From assembly GCA_002633005.1 (NCBI GenBank), contig NMRA01000345.1, positions 382,494 to 446,493 of the forward strand: a stretch of 64,000 bases of DNA, given 5' to 3'. A program made the translations under genes and the position numbers. Below are positions 1-13,600 of the stretch, piece after piece. The stretch is from Phoronis australis. Taxonomy: Eukaryota; Animalia; Phoronida. The notes below the pieces were generated by a model. It had not been told where the DNA came from. It searched no databases and was given only the letters and a program-made list of their open reading frames with translations. The stretch's first letter is position 1; the number at the start of each line of letters is the position of its first letter.

Positions 1-249
1 ACAAGTTGCATGCAGGCGTGTACCAAAAAGGGCAGGTAGGCGGTATTTTTTCAGCAAGTTTTGCCAGACCATCGCCATTCCTGTTACCTATGTGTATCCC
101 TCCATTAAATCCCCTAAACGTAGATGCCACAGACACAGTGTGTACTTCATGACACCTCACTCAATTGTCGCACCACATACGCAAAATTCCTTCTTCCCTT
201 CCTCTCATGCATCATTGCACTTTGTGCACTTTGCACTACACCCTCACAC

Positions 250-513
250 TTAGCCAGCCAGCTAGCTGTATTAAGACTATCGTCAGGTAGATACCACTAT
301 GTGTTTATCTTCCATAGACCCCGAGATTGCACATAGCCAGGGTAGTTCTGCTTGACACCTCGCCGTGAAACTTGTATCAACGTGTAAAGCTGAAGACCAG
401 ATAGGGAGCATGCAAAATCTGGAAATCAACCGACACTCACCTTGCCCTTTACAGTCGTTTAAGTGAAAAACAATGCAACAAACGTCATTTTCTTGCGTAA
501 CTCTCCACCTTTT
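250..513 (+). mobile_element. Fragment of a dispersed non-autonomous DNA element, same family as 58343-59060
   Basis: Colinear similarity to 58720-59060 (cagccagcta, aagactatcgt, cacctcg, gcatgcaaaatctgg, cgacactc, aaacgtcattt, cctttt). Confidence 0.6.
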
Positions 514-1646
514 GTAACCATGAAAATTATGTCGTCATTTTAAAAACGGTAGGCTTGTGTCACACGCATGCACCACTTACTAAAATTTTGCGACATTCGC
601 AGCACCAGAAAATTTGCTGTGAAATTTGGTTTGCTGGCATTTAAATACTGAAAATCTGTAACGAAGTAAAACCATTTTCAAAAATTTGTGGTGACATGCA
701 CGCAACCTCGTGAAAGACGAACAATTAAATGAAGAATCGGTGAAACAAGAAACTGGCCAATACGTGACGCAATATTTTGAGGCGCCGAAAGCTAACGCAA
801 AAGATTGCTCCACTACTTTAGGTGCAAAATAACGATAGAACGCCAATTTTTGCAACACCGGTAAATAGTTTAGATTACTCAAGGAAGGGTGTAGTTTTTA
901 GTGACACTAACTGTGTGTCAGATTTTATCTGGTGATTTTTTTACCCACATCGGCGCAAAGCTGTATACTTAATATACAGCTTTGTACCAAGGCTACCTCA
1001 CACTACACGCTTGTACATACACGTCTCTCCATTGCACTTTTAATTTTGTAACATGCGCCACCTAAGGATACTAGACTTCGAGTGTGTAGTGTTTCAAGAG
1101 AGAGATAGAGGCCCACGCGGGTACCAATAGGCCCCTAAATTTCATTGCAAAAGGGGGTGAGGCAGAAAAGTCAACTCCACAGAAGGAGTGAGAATTAGTA
1201 GACCTGGCACCAGCAATAGGGTGCCTCTCGGTAATTCTTGACACATGCAGGCACCTTGTCAATATGAGTGACCTCCCGGGTTCTAGTACGTTTTTGATGT
1301 TGAATATTAAATTCAGATCCATGCTAATTGTGTTATCTTAGAGGTGCAGTTAATTACTGTTCCCCGGGTGGAACTTTTTAATTTCTTTTAAGGTAAATTG
1401 TAAAAACAACATATTTAACATTTGTAATTGTTTGTGTGGTTTGAGAAAAACAAGGCAAGTTGTGGAGAGAAGGAAACACTGTTTTAAACACTCTTAAATA
1501 CTTCCAGCTTTTAAAACACAAACACTCTTTGAGTTCTCCTATTCATCAACAAACTGTTGGCCTTTTTACTGTTAACGCAATGCCTATTCCAGAAGTCATT
1601 CTAATACTGCAAACACTTATAACCCAAACCAAATGATTTGTAATAG

Positions 1647-4600
1647 GGCAAGCTGACAGTGACTGAGTGGTCGCCCACGGTGAATGGACTGATACTATGT
1701 GGAGATGATAAAGGCAATGTGTTGAGTTGGGAGCCATCTTCAGGATATGCAAAGTACTACAAGCCTGAGAATGGCGTCTTATTCTGCTTGGCTAATTCAC
1801 CTCATCAGAAGAGTGTTGTAGTAGTAGGGTAAGGTCAGATATCTGTATGTAAAAATGGCTTGCAAAGTGAATGAAATGTACTTTTTGTTCATCTTGGGTA
1901 TTAGTGTCTTTGCCTTTTGAAGCAGAACTTTTGTCCTTTTAGGGGAAATTCCTACCAGTCCCAATCTCAGGGTTCCACTTTAAGTAATCAAGGGTACTGT
2001 TGAACTTGACATAAAAAGGGAATATCTAATCAAATTAACAAACCCGTCCGCTTGATTGCTCTGCACTGACTTAATTATTTCATCAAAATTTTTGTTTTGA
2101 ATTTAAGATTTTCCTGGCCTTTCTTCATTGCCTTGAACCATTCTTTTCAGTTACAAGTCTGGCCTAATACTCGTCCTGGACTTTTCCACAGAGGGCGCTG
2201 TGCTTCATCGACTAAGGGGTCATGAGGATGAGGTACACTGCGTCACGTGGTTCCCTCTACCTGAAGCAGAATGGGTTGCATTAGCTGGTATGCACTTTGC
2301 TACTGATGGTTTGGGTGTTGATTTTTCCTGATATAACACAAGCCTATGTTTATTGAGTATTGGAGAAGTTGCAGTTTTGTTTTTCTGCATAATTGGTGAT
2401 TAATTATTTTTTACCAGCACAACATTCTTTTTGTTGAAAAACTTGTCACTGTGTTTTGAATGTCATAAATACATAAAAGTAATATGGCTTAAAATGATTT
2501 TTGCACACCCATGTGGAGAGGGCCTTGTTTCAACAAAGCCCATCAATACATAAATGAATTTTTGCTTACAATCTGTATGAATGTTGTTCTGGTATTGGTA
2601 CTGTAGTCAAGAGAAAACTAGTGAACTACACATTTCTTCAACTGCACCTCCGGGGTTTCGGAAAGTCAATGGAAAGCTCATTTTAAAGTTTACATAAATT
2701 ATTCATATCTAGGATACAAAGTAAAAGATAGCCACTTTAAGTAGGATTTTCATATTCAATGCTAGGCAATTCAGAGGATGTTCCCAATTCATGTGGAGGC
2801 TTTCTGGTGGCCTCTGGTAGTCGCGACCGAACAATCCGCCTCTGGAGTACATCCAAAGGCAGGTGTGTACAAACGCAAAAGATCCCGACTAACACGGGTC
2901 AGCGACGGCCACGCCACGAGGACAACTCACGCCAACGACTGTGGCTGACTATGACGTGGGCAGACGTGGAAGGTCGTTTAGTGTCATCCTCCAACAGGTA
3001 GGCGTGAGACATCATTTTAGCCTTGATTTAGGTGCTGAACACTGAAGCAGGGCAGTATGCAGATGTACCCAAAGATGTGAAATTTTTATGACTTGGCAGA
3101 TTGTACACGAATTCCATAGTATATGTCACTGTGCTGTCCTGGATGATCTTTGGTGAAATCTACTTGTGGAAGTGCTGTACATGTATTTATCAATTACACA
3201 ATTTTTAATTTATTTAAAGCAGAATTTCGCCCAATTTAGTTCGCTAAGAACGAAAATTGAGTAGGGCCTTTCTGTCTTCAAAAGTCAGTTGGCCTTTTAT
3301 CTCTTACTCTCAGTGATAGTATTCTTTTTCATTAATAACATCGAAACTGTTTGTTATGAAAAAATTGCTTCGGAGTTCATTGGAGTTGGCCTACCCTAAA
3401 ATTGCGAATTTGAAAGTGGCACTTTCAAAATAATAATACAGCAGGGCTGCTTCCAATGTCATCAGTTTTTAATTCTTGATAACAATGAAGAATGAAACTG
3501 ATTTTTATGGAAGATATTCTTAACTTGCATCGAACCATGCCACTATGCACAGGTTTTATGTAAATCTCTGATACCGCTACACCAGTGCGTTGTTTCTATG
3601 CCATTCCTCATTTTTGTGTGTCTCGGCAGTGCATGCATCCAGTCCTAATGATTGCCATTCTTAAATTTTAGATTTTGAAAATGGTGGACATTCTTGACGA
3701 AACACATTCGTATTGAAACACTTCCGTACAGTTCAACATTTGCAATTGTTTTTTAAATTGGTTCTTGGGTTTTTGAGGGGATTATTGAATTCATGTGAAC
3801 TAACACCTACGTTAAACTTAGCACCCATACCTAAATTATTGGAAATTTCATTTTTAGTGGACATGTGTTGTTACACTCGGTTTACCACCCACACCTTGAT
3901 TCTTTAGTTTCTTGGTTTAAATTCCCTGAGGGTTTACCCTTTTAGATATTGTAGATTCAGGGACACGTTTTTACACAATTTCTGTTTTCAGTGGCGAACT
4001 CTTGCTATGGGACTTCAAGAAGGATGGTAAGCAAAAGTGGGAGACCTTCAATGCCTACAAGTCTCACATCAGAATCGTGTTCAACATATCCAGGTGTGGT
4101 AATACGCTGTGCACGATCTCCATGGACCGCCAGGTAGGCATAAGTCATTCACTTGGGGATGGAATTCATGGATTTTGTTTGTTGGAGCTGCTCATCAGGC
4201 ACTCTCAGGCTTTGTGGTTGCATCTCACCTGTCCAGTTTTTTGCTTGAAGGAAAATATAGAGTGTCCCCCATGCTGTGTGATGGTCATTTCCTTCTCTTG
4301 GGCCCAATATGTCGTGCACAGGCTCACCTCGTGAAGCAGACGAACACAGTTGGACTTTTCTAATATTTGCCGAACAATTCCGGTTTTTGTTTACTTCCTG
4401 CAGTAATTGGAGTGTGTGCCTGGATTTGGTGTGGCAACTTCCTAGAAACACTTGATTTTTACCGGGTCGCCAAACAAAATCTGAGGCCGCATTGGGACTT
4501 GCAAGTCGTAGTCAAGCCCTGGAATACATTCAGATGAGGCAGTAGTTTACCAGCAGATTGACAAACAAGATGCACTGGTTTAAGTGTTGGTCTCAGTGCA

Positions 4601-7600
4601 ACTTGGTGGAAGTTTGCGCCAATTGTCAGGGTCAAGCAAGATACACCTGTGCTATGTCAGCTGCCCATTTGAGCACCACCTGTTGTCAAGGCAGAAGTGA
4701 TCATCTCACCTTTGCTTGTTCAGAGGTGTCAAGGGCATTCTTCTTAATATTGTGACATTTTTATGGACAGCAAAAACTAATGCAGGCTCCTAAATCATAT
4801 TTTATTAGAATTCGAATCATCTAATCCAGAGTCAAAGAAAGGTCACCGTCGGTGTAATGGCAGTTGGTTCAGGTTAGATACTACCTTTCTAAGATAAACT
4901 GATTGTCTGCCTGCTTAAAAAGCTACAACGTTAAATGATCTCTGCACATTACATATATCTGCCTCCACTGTCTATGCTGCATGAGATAACTGCTTTTCCG
5001 CACTTGTTTGTGTATACAATGTCTTATGCTGTCTGTAAAAAGGAACAGGTGGTTTGTGATAGATAGAACCCAAATGCCTTGATGAGGGTTTTTGCAAAGG
5101 ACATCCAAGCGGTTGCTGAGACATGACATCTTGCTTCAATGTCTGTTTGCTCCATAAAAGTCTGTCGTGTTGAGCTAGCCATTGACAAACTTTATGTATG
5201 AAATTGAGTGTGCAACGGCCACTTTTGTATCTTTGATTTTTCTATGATTATTTTTATTATATTGTCTGTCGCAATGCCAATTTTTACTGCATTGCCAAGG
5301 GTTCTGCTGATAAATAATTGTTGTTTAGCTTGTGTCTGCTTCCATTCAGATCGGCATCTGGAATCTGGACTCTCTGTTGTGTGATCACTTAGTACCATCT
5401 CTTGGAGGGTTTGCGTACTGCATCGCTGTGTCCAGCCTACACCCTGGTGAGTTCTGTCTGTTAAATGTTGTTAGCGTGGACATGTAATGTGAACTATCGC
5501 AGTTCATGATATGTGTCGCCAGTGTACAAATACTTGTGCTCACTATATTATAAAAATGCATTATTAATTTTAAACAGATGTATGAATTGTCAAACTGAAA
5601 ACACTTTATAGTATATGTTATTAGTTATTGTTCAAAGTGATCTATGTAATCATTTAGCAGCACGGTTGTCATAGTGATCACTCCATGCTATATTAAGCTG
5701 CTTGTTACTTTCATTGGAATATTCATCAACCTTGGGCTCGAAACAAAACATCCTTTTCAGTATTTTCCTGTTGCTTGTCTCATTTCATAGCATATTTTGT
5801 CTTCAGCACATTTGTATGTTTAGACAAACTCGCTATCGGGGTCGGTGATGATATGATCAGAGTGTGGGATGTGAGCAACCTCGAGCGACCTTATGAAGCA
5901 GACGTCATCTGGCAGGGGGTCAAGGGAAAGGTCACATGTGTAAGTATACTGATGGTTTAATGACTTGGTTAGGCCTAGTCCCTATGATGTGTTGTGGGTT
6001 CCACAAAACTGAACTCTCTAATTGCTCTTGCTTTTTGTATGTTGTTCCTGATTTGGTGTTATTTTTGAATGCTTTATTCATCTGACTCAAATTTGCAGTC
6101 TTGCATCAGACATTTAACATAGGTCTCTGTTGAAAAGATACCCAGTGGAAATACATGAAAAATATGTTCCGAGAATGTGCCCCGCACATTTATTTAGGAA
6201 AATTTTCAGGTTTGAACCGTAAATCATTCTCTCTTTTAGAGGAAATTGAAAATTTGAAGTAAAACTGAATTTACGATATTTCATTAACAAGTGGTTTCTG
6301 TTACAATCTGTTATTGAAAAGAGTCTCCTGGGAATTCTTCATGCAAGGGCTGCCGGCAGTGTTACTACACCTAGGTGCGCATTGGGTACTTCAAGGTTTA
6401 GGCCTTGGCGTATAGTGGCTTTTCTGGCCCCGAAAATGCCATCTGCTGAGTATGCACTTGTGGTTCCGTCTATGGAAATCTTTTGTAATGAATTGTAAAA
6501 GTATCCAGGATGTGCATGTTTTAGTAACTATGTTCTAGAACTGTTATGGAATTGTTAGCATTCACCTGTTTGATAGCTTGATAAATATTGCTACTGTAAG
6601 TATGAACAATGTCAAACAAGTCTTTAGCGAAATATGTCAGTCACAAATGCTTTCCATCCTCGGTGCTACCCCAGTACCAAACAGTTATTACTCTGTGTTG
6701 TTAAACTAATTTGCAGTTATCCTGGCATCCCACCAATGAAAATATTCTGGCCTATGGTACTGAAGACGGCAAAGTAGGCGTTCATGATGTCGCCTCCTCC
6801 CGGTAAGAAAAATGCAACAAATTGCGGGCCATGGTTAGATTTAATTAACTGCTGTTACCGAGTTGTAAGTTGTATAAAGACATCTATAAACGTAATCTGA
6901 GTTTGCTCTCAACGAGTTCATTTTTAGTGACCTCATTCACTTAGGTGGAAACATGCCCGTGCCTTCTGGAAGAGATTTTCCCTCCGCCGTATGTTGCGAG
7001 TTTCAGCTTTCCTGCATCAATCTCAAAGTTAAGGCATCAAGGACCTGATATTAATTTAGAACAAAATTCAAGTTCCAGTTAATGCTTGGCTTGTACAGCT
7101 GGTAAGCCATCAACTTTAATGTATTGATGTTAGCTGGGAGGGGTTGCCAAGTGTATCTTTTAGTAAGATTTATAAACCATCGGTGTCGAAGAGAGTATGG
7201 ATTTGTTTACATTTTCCTTCGACTTATCACAAACGTCTGATTCTTTGCCAAAATGATGTCACTTAAGGACAGCTGAGAACTATTTGCTTTTAATGTATTC
7301 AACGTCGTTTCAGACCTGCTCTCATCTCTTCTACCTACCACAAGAAGACTGTCTATGTTGTTACCTGGGGACCACTGCTACCAGATACAGGCATGTCTTG
7401 ATGACAGTGTAATGATAATGTATACTTTAGTGCTATTCGTTTTCCCAATTTATTGACCAACTTGGTTACTTTACAAATCATGTTTTTGGCCGGTTGGAGC
7501 AAGTCTTTGAATGAACAACGTGCATTTATTTGTGTGAAAGTGACGTGTTTCAATTGTATTACGAAATTCGGGTTTCAAGAGTAAGAGCTTGCATTCTAAA

Positions 7601-10600
7601 CCTTGGGACTTTATTCTGATCTTTTAGTACACACCTCTTGTTTACTCCATGAGTAAGGAAGGGAGTATAGCATACGCCTTACATAGCTACATAGAACTGC
7701 TGGAAGTCTAACGAGGTTCACAATCTCACTGTCATGTGATACCTATATTGGTAGCTGTGATTGTCTGCTGCTTGACATTTGATTGAGAGTCATTCATTGT
7801 CTGACCCCGATTGCAGATCAAGCAGCAAGTTATGCCACACGTCATGTATTGGCGAGTTGACATTTCCGGACTTCCAACAAGTCTATGTAGTGATGTAATG
7901 GCATATGCAACGCGGCCTTTGTGTTCAGATTGGTTACCGTAGTAAAGTTTATTTTCCTGACTCGTGTTAGATTGACGAAGCCTTTGTTTTGTGTCTCTAA
8001 CCTTGAGTTCTTATGATGACGTTAACACAGGCTCGTCCCATTTTGCCGTGTACAGCTGCGGTGATGGCAGTATATTGTTGCATAACCTGAAGAAGATGGA
8101 TAAAGAAGCCAAGAACTTGCAAGACTTCCTTCCTGACCAGCACAAGGCAAGTGTGTGTGAATCTATAGCAACGGGCTAAGTAATTTTAATGCAAGCATGT
8201 GCATGCTTTCAAAGGGCCTAGTTTGTACGTTGATACTAATGTAATTATACATTTACATTTAAGATGATTTAAAACGCTAAATATACCATCTTGGAAAGCC
8301 TGGAGTGAAACGACTTGTTCCAGAATTTCGATCATTGCTTCTGTTAAAACCAAGTTCAAAGCAAATGGAGACCCTGTTTAGAACTAAATAGGTCTCCACA
8401 TGTCTCGTGTGGATAATCAAACTGTATGGAGATTCCGGTTAAGTTTGCCTGAAAATTGAAGTTTTTTAATCAGTCAAAACTGCTTGCAGGAGACGACAAA
8501 GATTCGCAGTGAGATATGCTGGAAGCCAGATTTCTCCTTTGTTGCTTTTGGCAACAGTGATGGGTGAGTGCAATGTGTTCTCTGATGTATTTATGTGGAC
8601 AATTTGCTAGTTATACTTCAATGGTAAACCATCTACTTTGAACACTTTAATTCTGTTCTGTTCAATAGACTGATCTCTTTGGCTTATTTCTATGCTCTTT
8701 GCTCGCATGACCTTATCTCATGAATCCAGGTCTATGAATGTGTAAATTTGCTTATGATTGGAAATGAATCCAGGTCTTTCTGTCTTCTGAGAACCAGTTG
8801 GACAGATTTGATGTTGCAATGTGGGACAACATGACACGGTTGATTCTTCAACTACTTTTATTAACAGTTACCGTACGGTGAATTTTAGCGATAACCATAG
8901 CATCATTAAGCTGATAAGTATGGATTCCAAAATAAGTGAAATAAAAATGGAGGACTAGCTACTTGTACAAAACTGAGCAAATGACACCAGTAATGATAAA
9001 AACATGTAACACTGGCTTGTATGTAGAGTACACAGTCACGTACCTTACAATAGCTTTCTAATGTAATGTAACAACTCTAAATGTGGGGGGCTGCGTCCAA
9101 ACCGCGCTCAATAAAATCGCAACTCACAGAAACTTGGTTGCTAACACCAAACAACTAATTAAGGCAGAAAACTGTTGGCTAATAATTCATACACAACAAA
9201 GAGCATAACTTACATCGCCATCTAGTGGCAAGGAGGCGTATTTCATTGTGTCGTTACCCCATCACTCTTGCACACCTACAACCAAAACCATATTGACAAA
9301 ATATGAACCATTAACCACTTCACAGGGTAGCCAATAGAAAATCACCTGACTGCTAATAACGTTTGGTTAACTTAGAGAGGCATACATGCGCGTACAAAGA
9401 CATACGGAAACAAATGAACAAAAATTTCTTTGTATGTCCGCAGCAAATTTTAGAAGTTTCCGGTGTATATTTTGTACTTTGCCAGTCACGCACAACTAAC
9501 TGGTTTTGCTTGTAGTCTTCTAATCTTTAGTCTTTGTGCTGCTTGAAACCAATGCAAACTGTTTCGTAATTCTTGTTCATTTGTAGCTATCTCTTGTGTC
9601 ACTGTTATGTGTAACAAATGTCAAATGTATCTTTTTGTCTTGTTAAGAGTAATACTCACATTCTCATAATGTTTTGAAGGAATCAACACATTGTCAGGAT
9701 GACAACACTAGTTATGTTTCCTTGTGTGTTTTGTTTACAGATCTGTCGAAGTTTACTCCGCCTCCGACTGGGCCCTTCTCTGTACCATACAAGTCCACAG
9801 GAAACTCATCAACTGTCTTCGCTGGCATCCTCAGTACACGGTTTCTAATAGCAACCAGTCACCTCTCCACTGTTGGCTGGCTATTGGCTCAAATGAGCTT
9901 AGCATAGATGTCGTGGATTTGAGTCAAGTACTGCTGTGTAAGTTGATGGAAAAGATTTATTCATTTTGTGTTTATTTCTAGGATTGTTTAAATGTGTGAT
10001 TAGGTGGATGATTTGTGTTTCTTTGACTGGTTTTCAAAGTCCCGACAGATGTTTTGGTAGTTCCATCTGTTGGCCATTTTGTCTGTAGCCGTAGCGCTTT
10101 TGGCTGATGAAATGCCGAGCTCTTTGAATCAAGTTGTTAACAGCAGACTTCTGTTTCGTGAAAAAGTGACTTGATACGTTAGTCAGAATTTGGTCTTAGG
10201 TTCCATGCATCTACTTAAGAAAAAATAGTTAAATGTCACTTGTGCAAAAGTGAAAAGGCTCAGAATAACCAAATAACTGATAGTTAACAAGATTATTTTA
10301 TATTTAAGTTATTTCCAGCCTGTGATGCTCTCATAGTTATTTGACTAAAACTTTTATCAGCAATTCAGAAGTGGGAGTGAAAAATTTCTGTCGTGAGTCA
10401 CTTTCATGAAACAGGCCTCTGGTACCAAGTGGCAGTTTTTGCCGAACCAGAAATATGAAAATTGATTGAGGAAAACTATGAGATAAGGTTTATAACTCAA
10501 GTGGTCTAAATCAAAAGTTTTTTGTAACAGATACCTAGTATGTTTAATTTGAATAAATAAAAATTACTTGTAAAGATGCTTTAAAATATGACTGTAGAGG

Positions 10601-13600
10601 CACCATGATTCTGTCTTGTTTAAGCTGAGCGACCTGATGGCGATGTGGCCACTATCGTGACAAGCTCCGTGACCTTGGAAGGTCATCACAACAGGGTCAC
10701 ATGTCTCTGTTGGAGTCCACATGCGGAAGGACATCTGGTGTCAGCTTCGTATGATGGATCTGCCCAGGTAGTGAGCATTGGACGATTGGCAAAGGAAGCA
10801 AATGTGTTTTAGTTTTTCGCTATCATATCGGGACAAAGATCAGATGGTTGTCAAACTGCAGTCGGATAGCAGCAGGAAGCTGGTATTGCGAGAAAGCATG
10901 CCTGTCTTATGATGCAGTTTGGTTTTGAGGGTATTATTCTGAAAAGTGAGGGCAAGCTGGTGTATTGAAAACCATTTCCAACCTTCAACCTGTGAATTGC
11001 AACTGTATTCACTGTAACTTCAGCATGTATTACAAGCGGATTTCACGTAGTTCATCAAAATGGTCTTGACTGTTTTAATTTTATTCTTCTGATTCATCAA
11101 ACTTCAACTTGTTAAGGTTATTTAGGACTATAGAAAGCATCCAAATTTAACTAACTTTGGACTATCATATATCAGAAATAGCTGATGGAATTTATATAAA
11201 ACTTTCAGATACCATACTTTATGTGATGTGCTACAAAGCATTGAAGGATTTTCTTAAACTGTTAACTTTTACAAGAATGGCTATCAAAACATGGGGTTTG
11301 CGATTTTTCTTAAAAATTTAAAAATTGTTATTGAAAAATTAAAATTTGCATTAAATGAAAAAATGATCATATAGAAGACAGTAGCAGCGCTTTTTGGTAT
11401 TTCATCTCGACAATCAGTATCAAAGAAATTTGGTCATGCTATTGATGCGGTTGTCTTTCAATGAAATCATTGTACCTTAGTTTCTTTCTTGCTAAATTTT
11501 ACTAAAAACATGGTCATGCGATGCAGTCAATGGCAGACTGGTATCGAGTCAAAAATCAAATTCTACAGGTATTTTACTTTTAGAAAATACATTTATTTAC
11601 TTATCGCGAGTTAACTTCTAAATGTTTTGTTGATATTTGGCTAATGTCAAGTGTTGTGTGGTGGTAAGTAATACATGTCAACACGGTGACATTTTGGTGT
11701 ATGGAATAATATCTTCTTAAATGTCTTGGTGGACAATACTTATCATTTTAACTTGAATCATACTGTTATATTTCAGGTATGGGATGTGGTCAATAAGAGA
11801 CCGTTGGCCAACTTTCGAGGTCACAGCGGTCGCGTCTTGGGAGTTCAGTGGAGTTTGACTGATCCCGACCTTGTGTACAGCTGTGGCGATGATTTCACAG
11901 TGCGCTCTTGGAAGATCTCGAAACAAGAACATATCCTTCCAAAGAAAGGTTTTGTGAACGAATTTCTGTTAGAAAATGCTAGCATTAGGCTGCCTCTAGT
12001 GTACTTTCCATTTGTAAAGATTCATGCACGCACCCAGCCTTTAATATTGGGGGCTCAAATTTCCGACGATGTGGACCTTTTACCGACAAAAAAGCCGAAG
12101 GATTAAAAAAAATGGGATACCACATCCAGGGCTGTGAATTGTGCGTTTGCATCTTTTTAGTAGACTTTTTGTCTTGTTTTATCGGACTTTTTGTTTCTCT
12201 GGGACAGACCTTTTTGTCCACTTCGCCAAATGGGGGGCCCATTCCAGCCCCCCGAGCCCCCCCTGTGTGCGCGCATGAGATTGCCATTACATCGCTTCAT
12301 AGAACTGCCGCAAGTATGGCGATGCTTGCAATCTCGCCATTACATGACTCACGTGATTGGCTGCTGCTTGACCTTTGATCGGGATCAGACAATGAATGAC
12401 CAGGATCGAAGGTCAAGCAGCAGCCAAACCCACCAATAGACTGGCCCGTCACATGAGATTGCGAACCTTGCCAGATGTCTGGTAGTTCTATTTAGCTATG
12501 TAATAGCATACACTTTACGTAGAGTGTATACTAGAGGTATGTTCTAAATATGCTCCAGTGGCTCCTCCCAAGGGCAAAAATCCCTTCTTTGTTATTAACT
12601 AAGGGTCAAGTTGTAACCAATTGTGTAGTGGTCAATGGTCTATATCAAAAGTTACGTTTTTTTGTCTGACATGGACTTTATTGCACCTTTCAGTTTACTC
12701 AACTGATGTTTTGTTTTCTGATTTTAAGTCAGCCACCATCTTATTTGCAGAATATTCTGATGACCGCCAATCTTGTAACGGTTTTTTGTATTTTATGACG
12801 AAACACTCAGTAGCTGTAAATTTACTTCTGTTGATTACTTTAATGTTGCTTTACTTATTTTAGAACGGCACAAGAGAAACCGAGGACAGCAAAAACCCAA
12901 GCAATCACCCACACAAATAGAACCCAGGTGGGTTTGAAGAGACCGTTGTTAAACTTGAACAATTTTGCAAAAGTTTAAAACATGCACCTTTTGCCTGGTG
13001 ACATATGAAAGTCGATGTCTTGCTGCACTTATTTGGTAGTTGTCAGGCTGATTTCTAAATTTTGTGGTCCAAAGTCATCATTGCATATGTTGTCTCTCAT
13101 TGCCTTTTCTGAGTTGACTATCCCAACACCCCCTGTTGGCAATTTTAGTTTTCAACAATGTTTTCCTTGTCTGTTGATTATTTTCATAATGAATGGCTTG
13201 TCTATTTTTAATGAAGTGGCTGGGGAACCAGTTGATTATTGGAAAGATTGGAACACTGTAACGGTTATGGTCGGATATAACATGCCGGCATTTTGCAAAC
13301 CAGTTTTCTCCACTGAATAACGGGCATCAAACTGGTTCTCAAAATACGGGAACGTTATACTGTTTGACTATTGCCCACCGTAACATCCCCTGTTGACCTT
13401 TTTAGTTATTAATAACACGTTGGTTATCCTTCATTATTGTCAATATGGCGTGACGGATTTTTTGATGGACTAGGACATAGAGGGGCTTAACATCATTTCT
13501 AAAAGTTATTGGTCTATTTACACCAACCCCTAACCTATTTTCATTGGCATTGTTTTTTGACTGTGGTTGGAGAGATGACCGACTGAAATGCCGTGCCATT

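Noticed and set aside
3365-3500. Similarity to 34065-34180 suggesting a segmental duplication
   Set aside because: Short and diverged; best explained as two fragments of an ordinary dispersed repeat.
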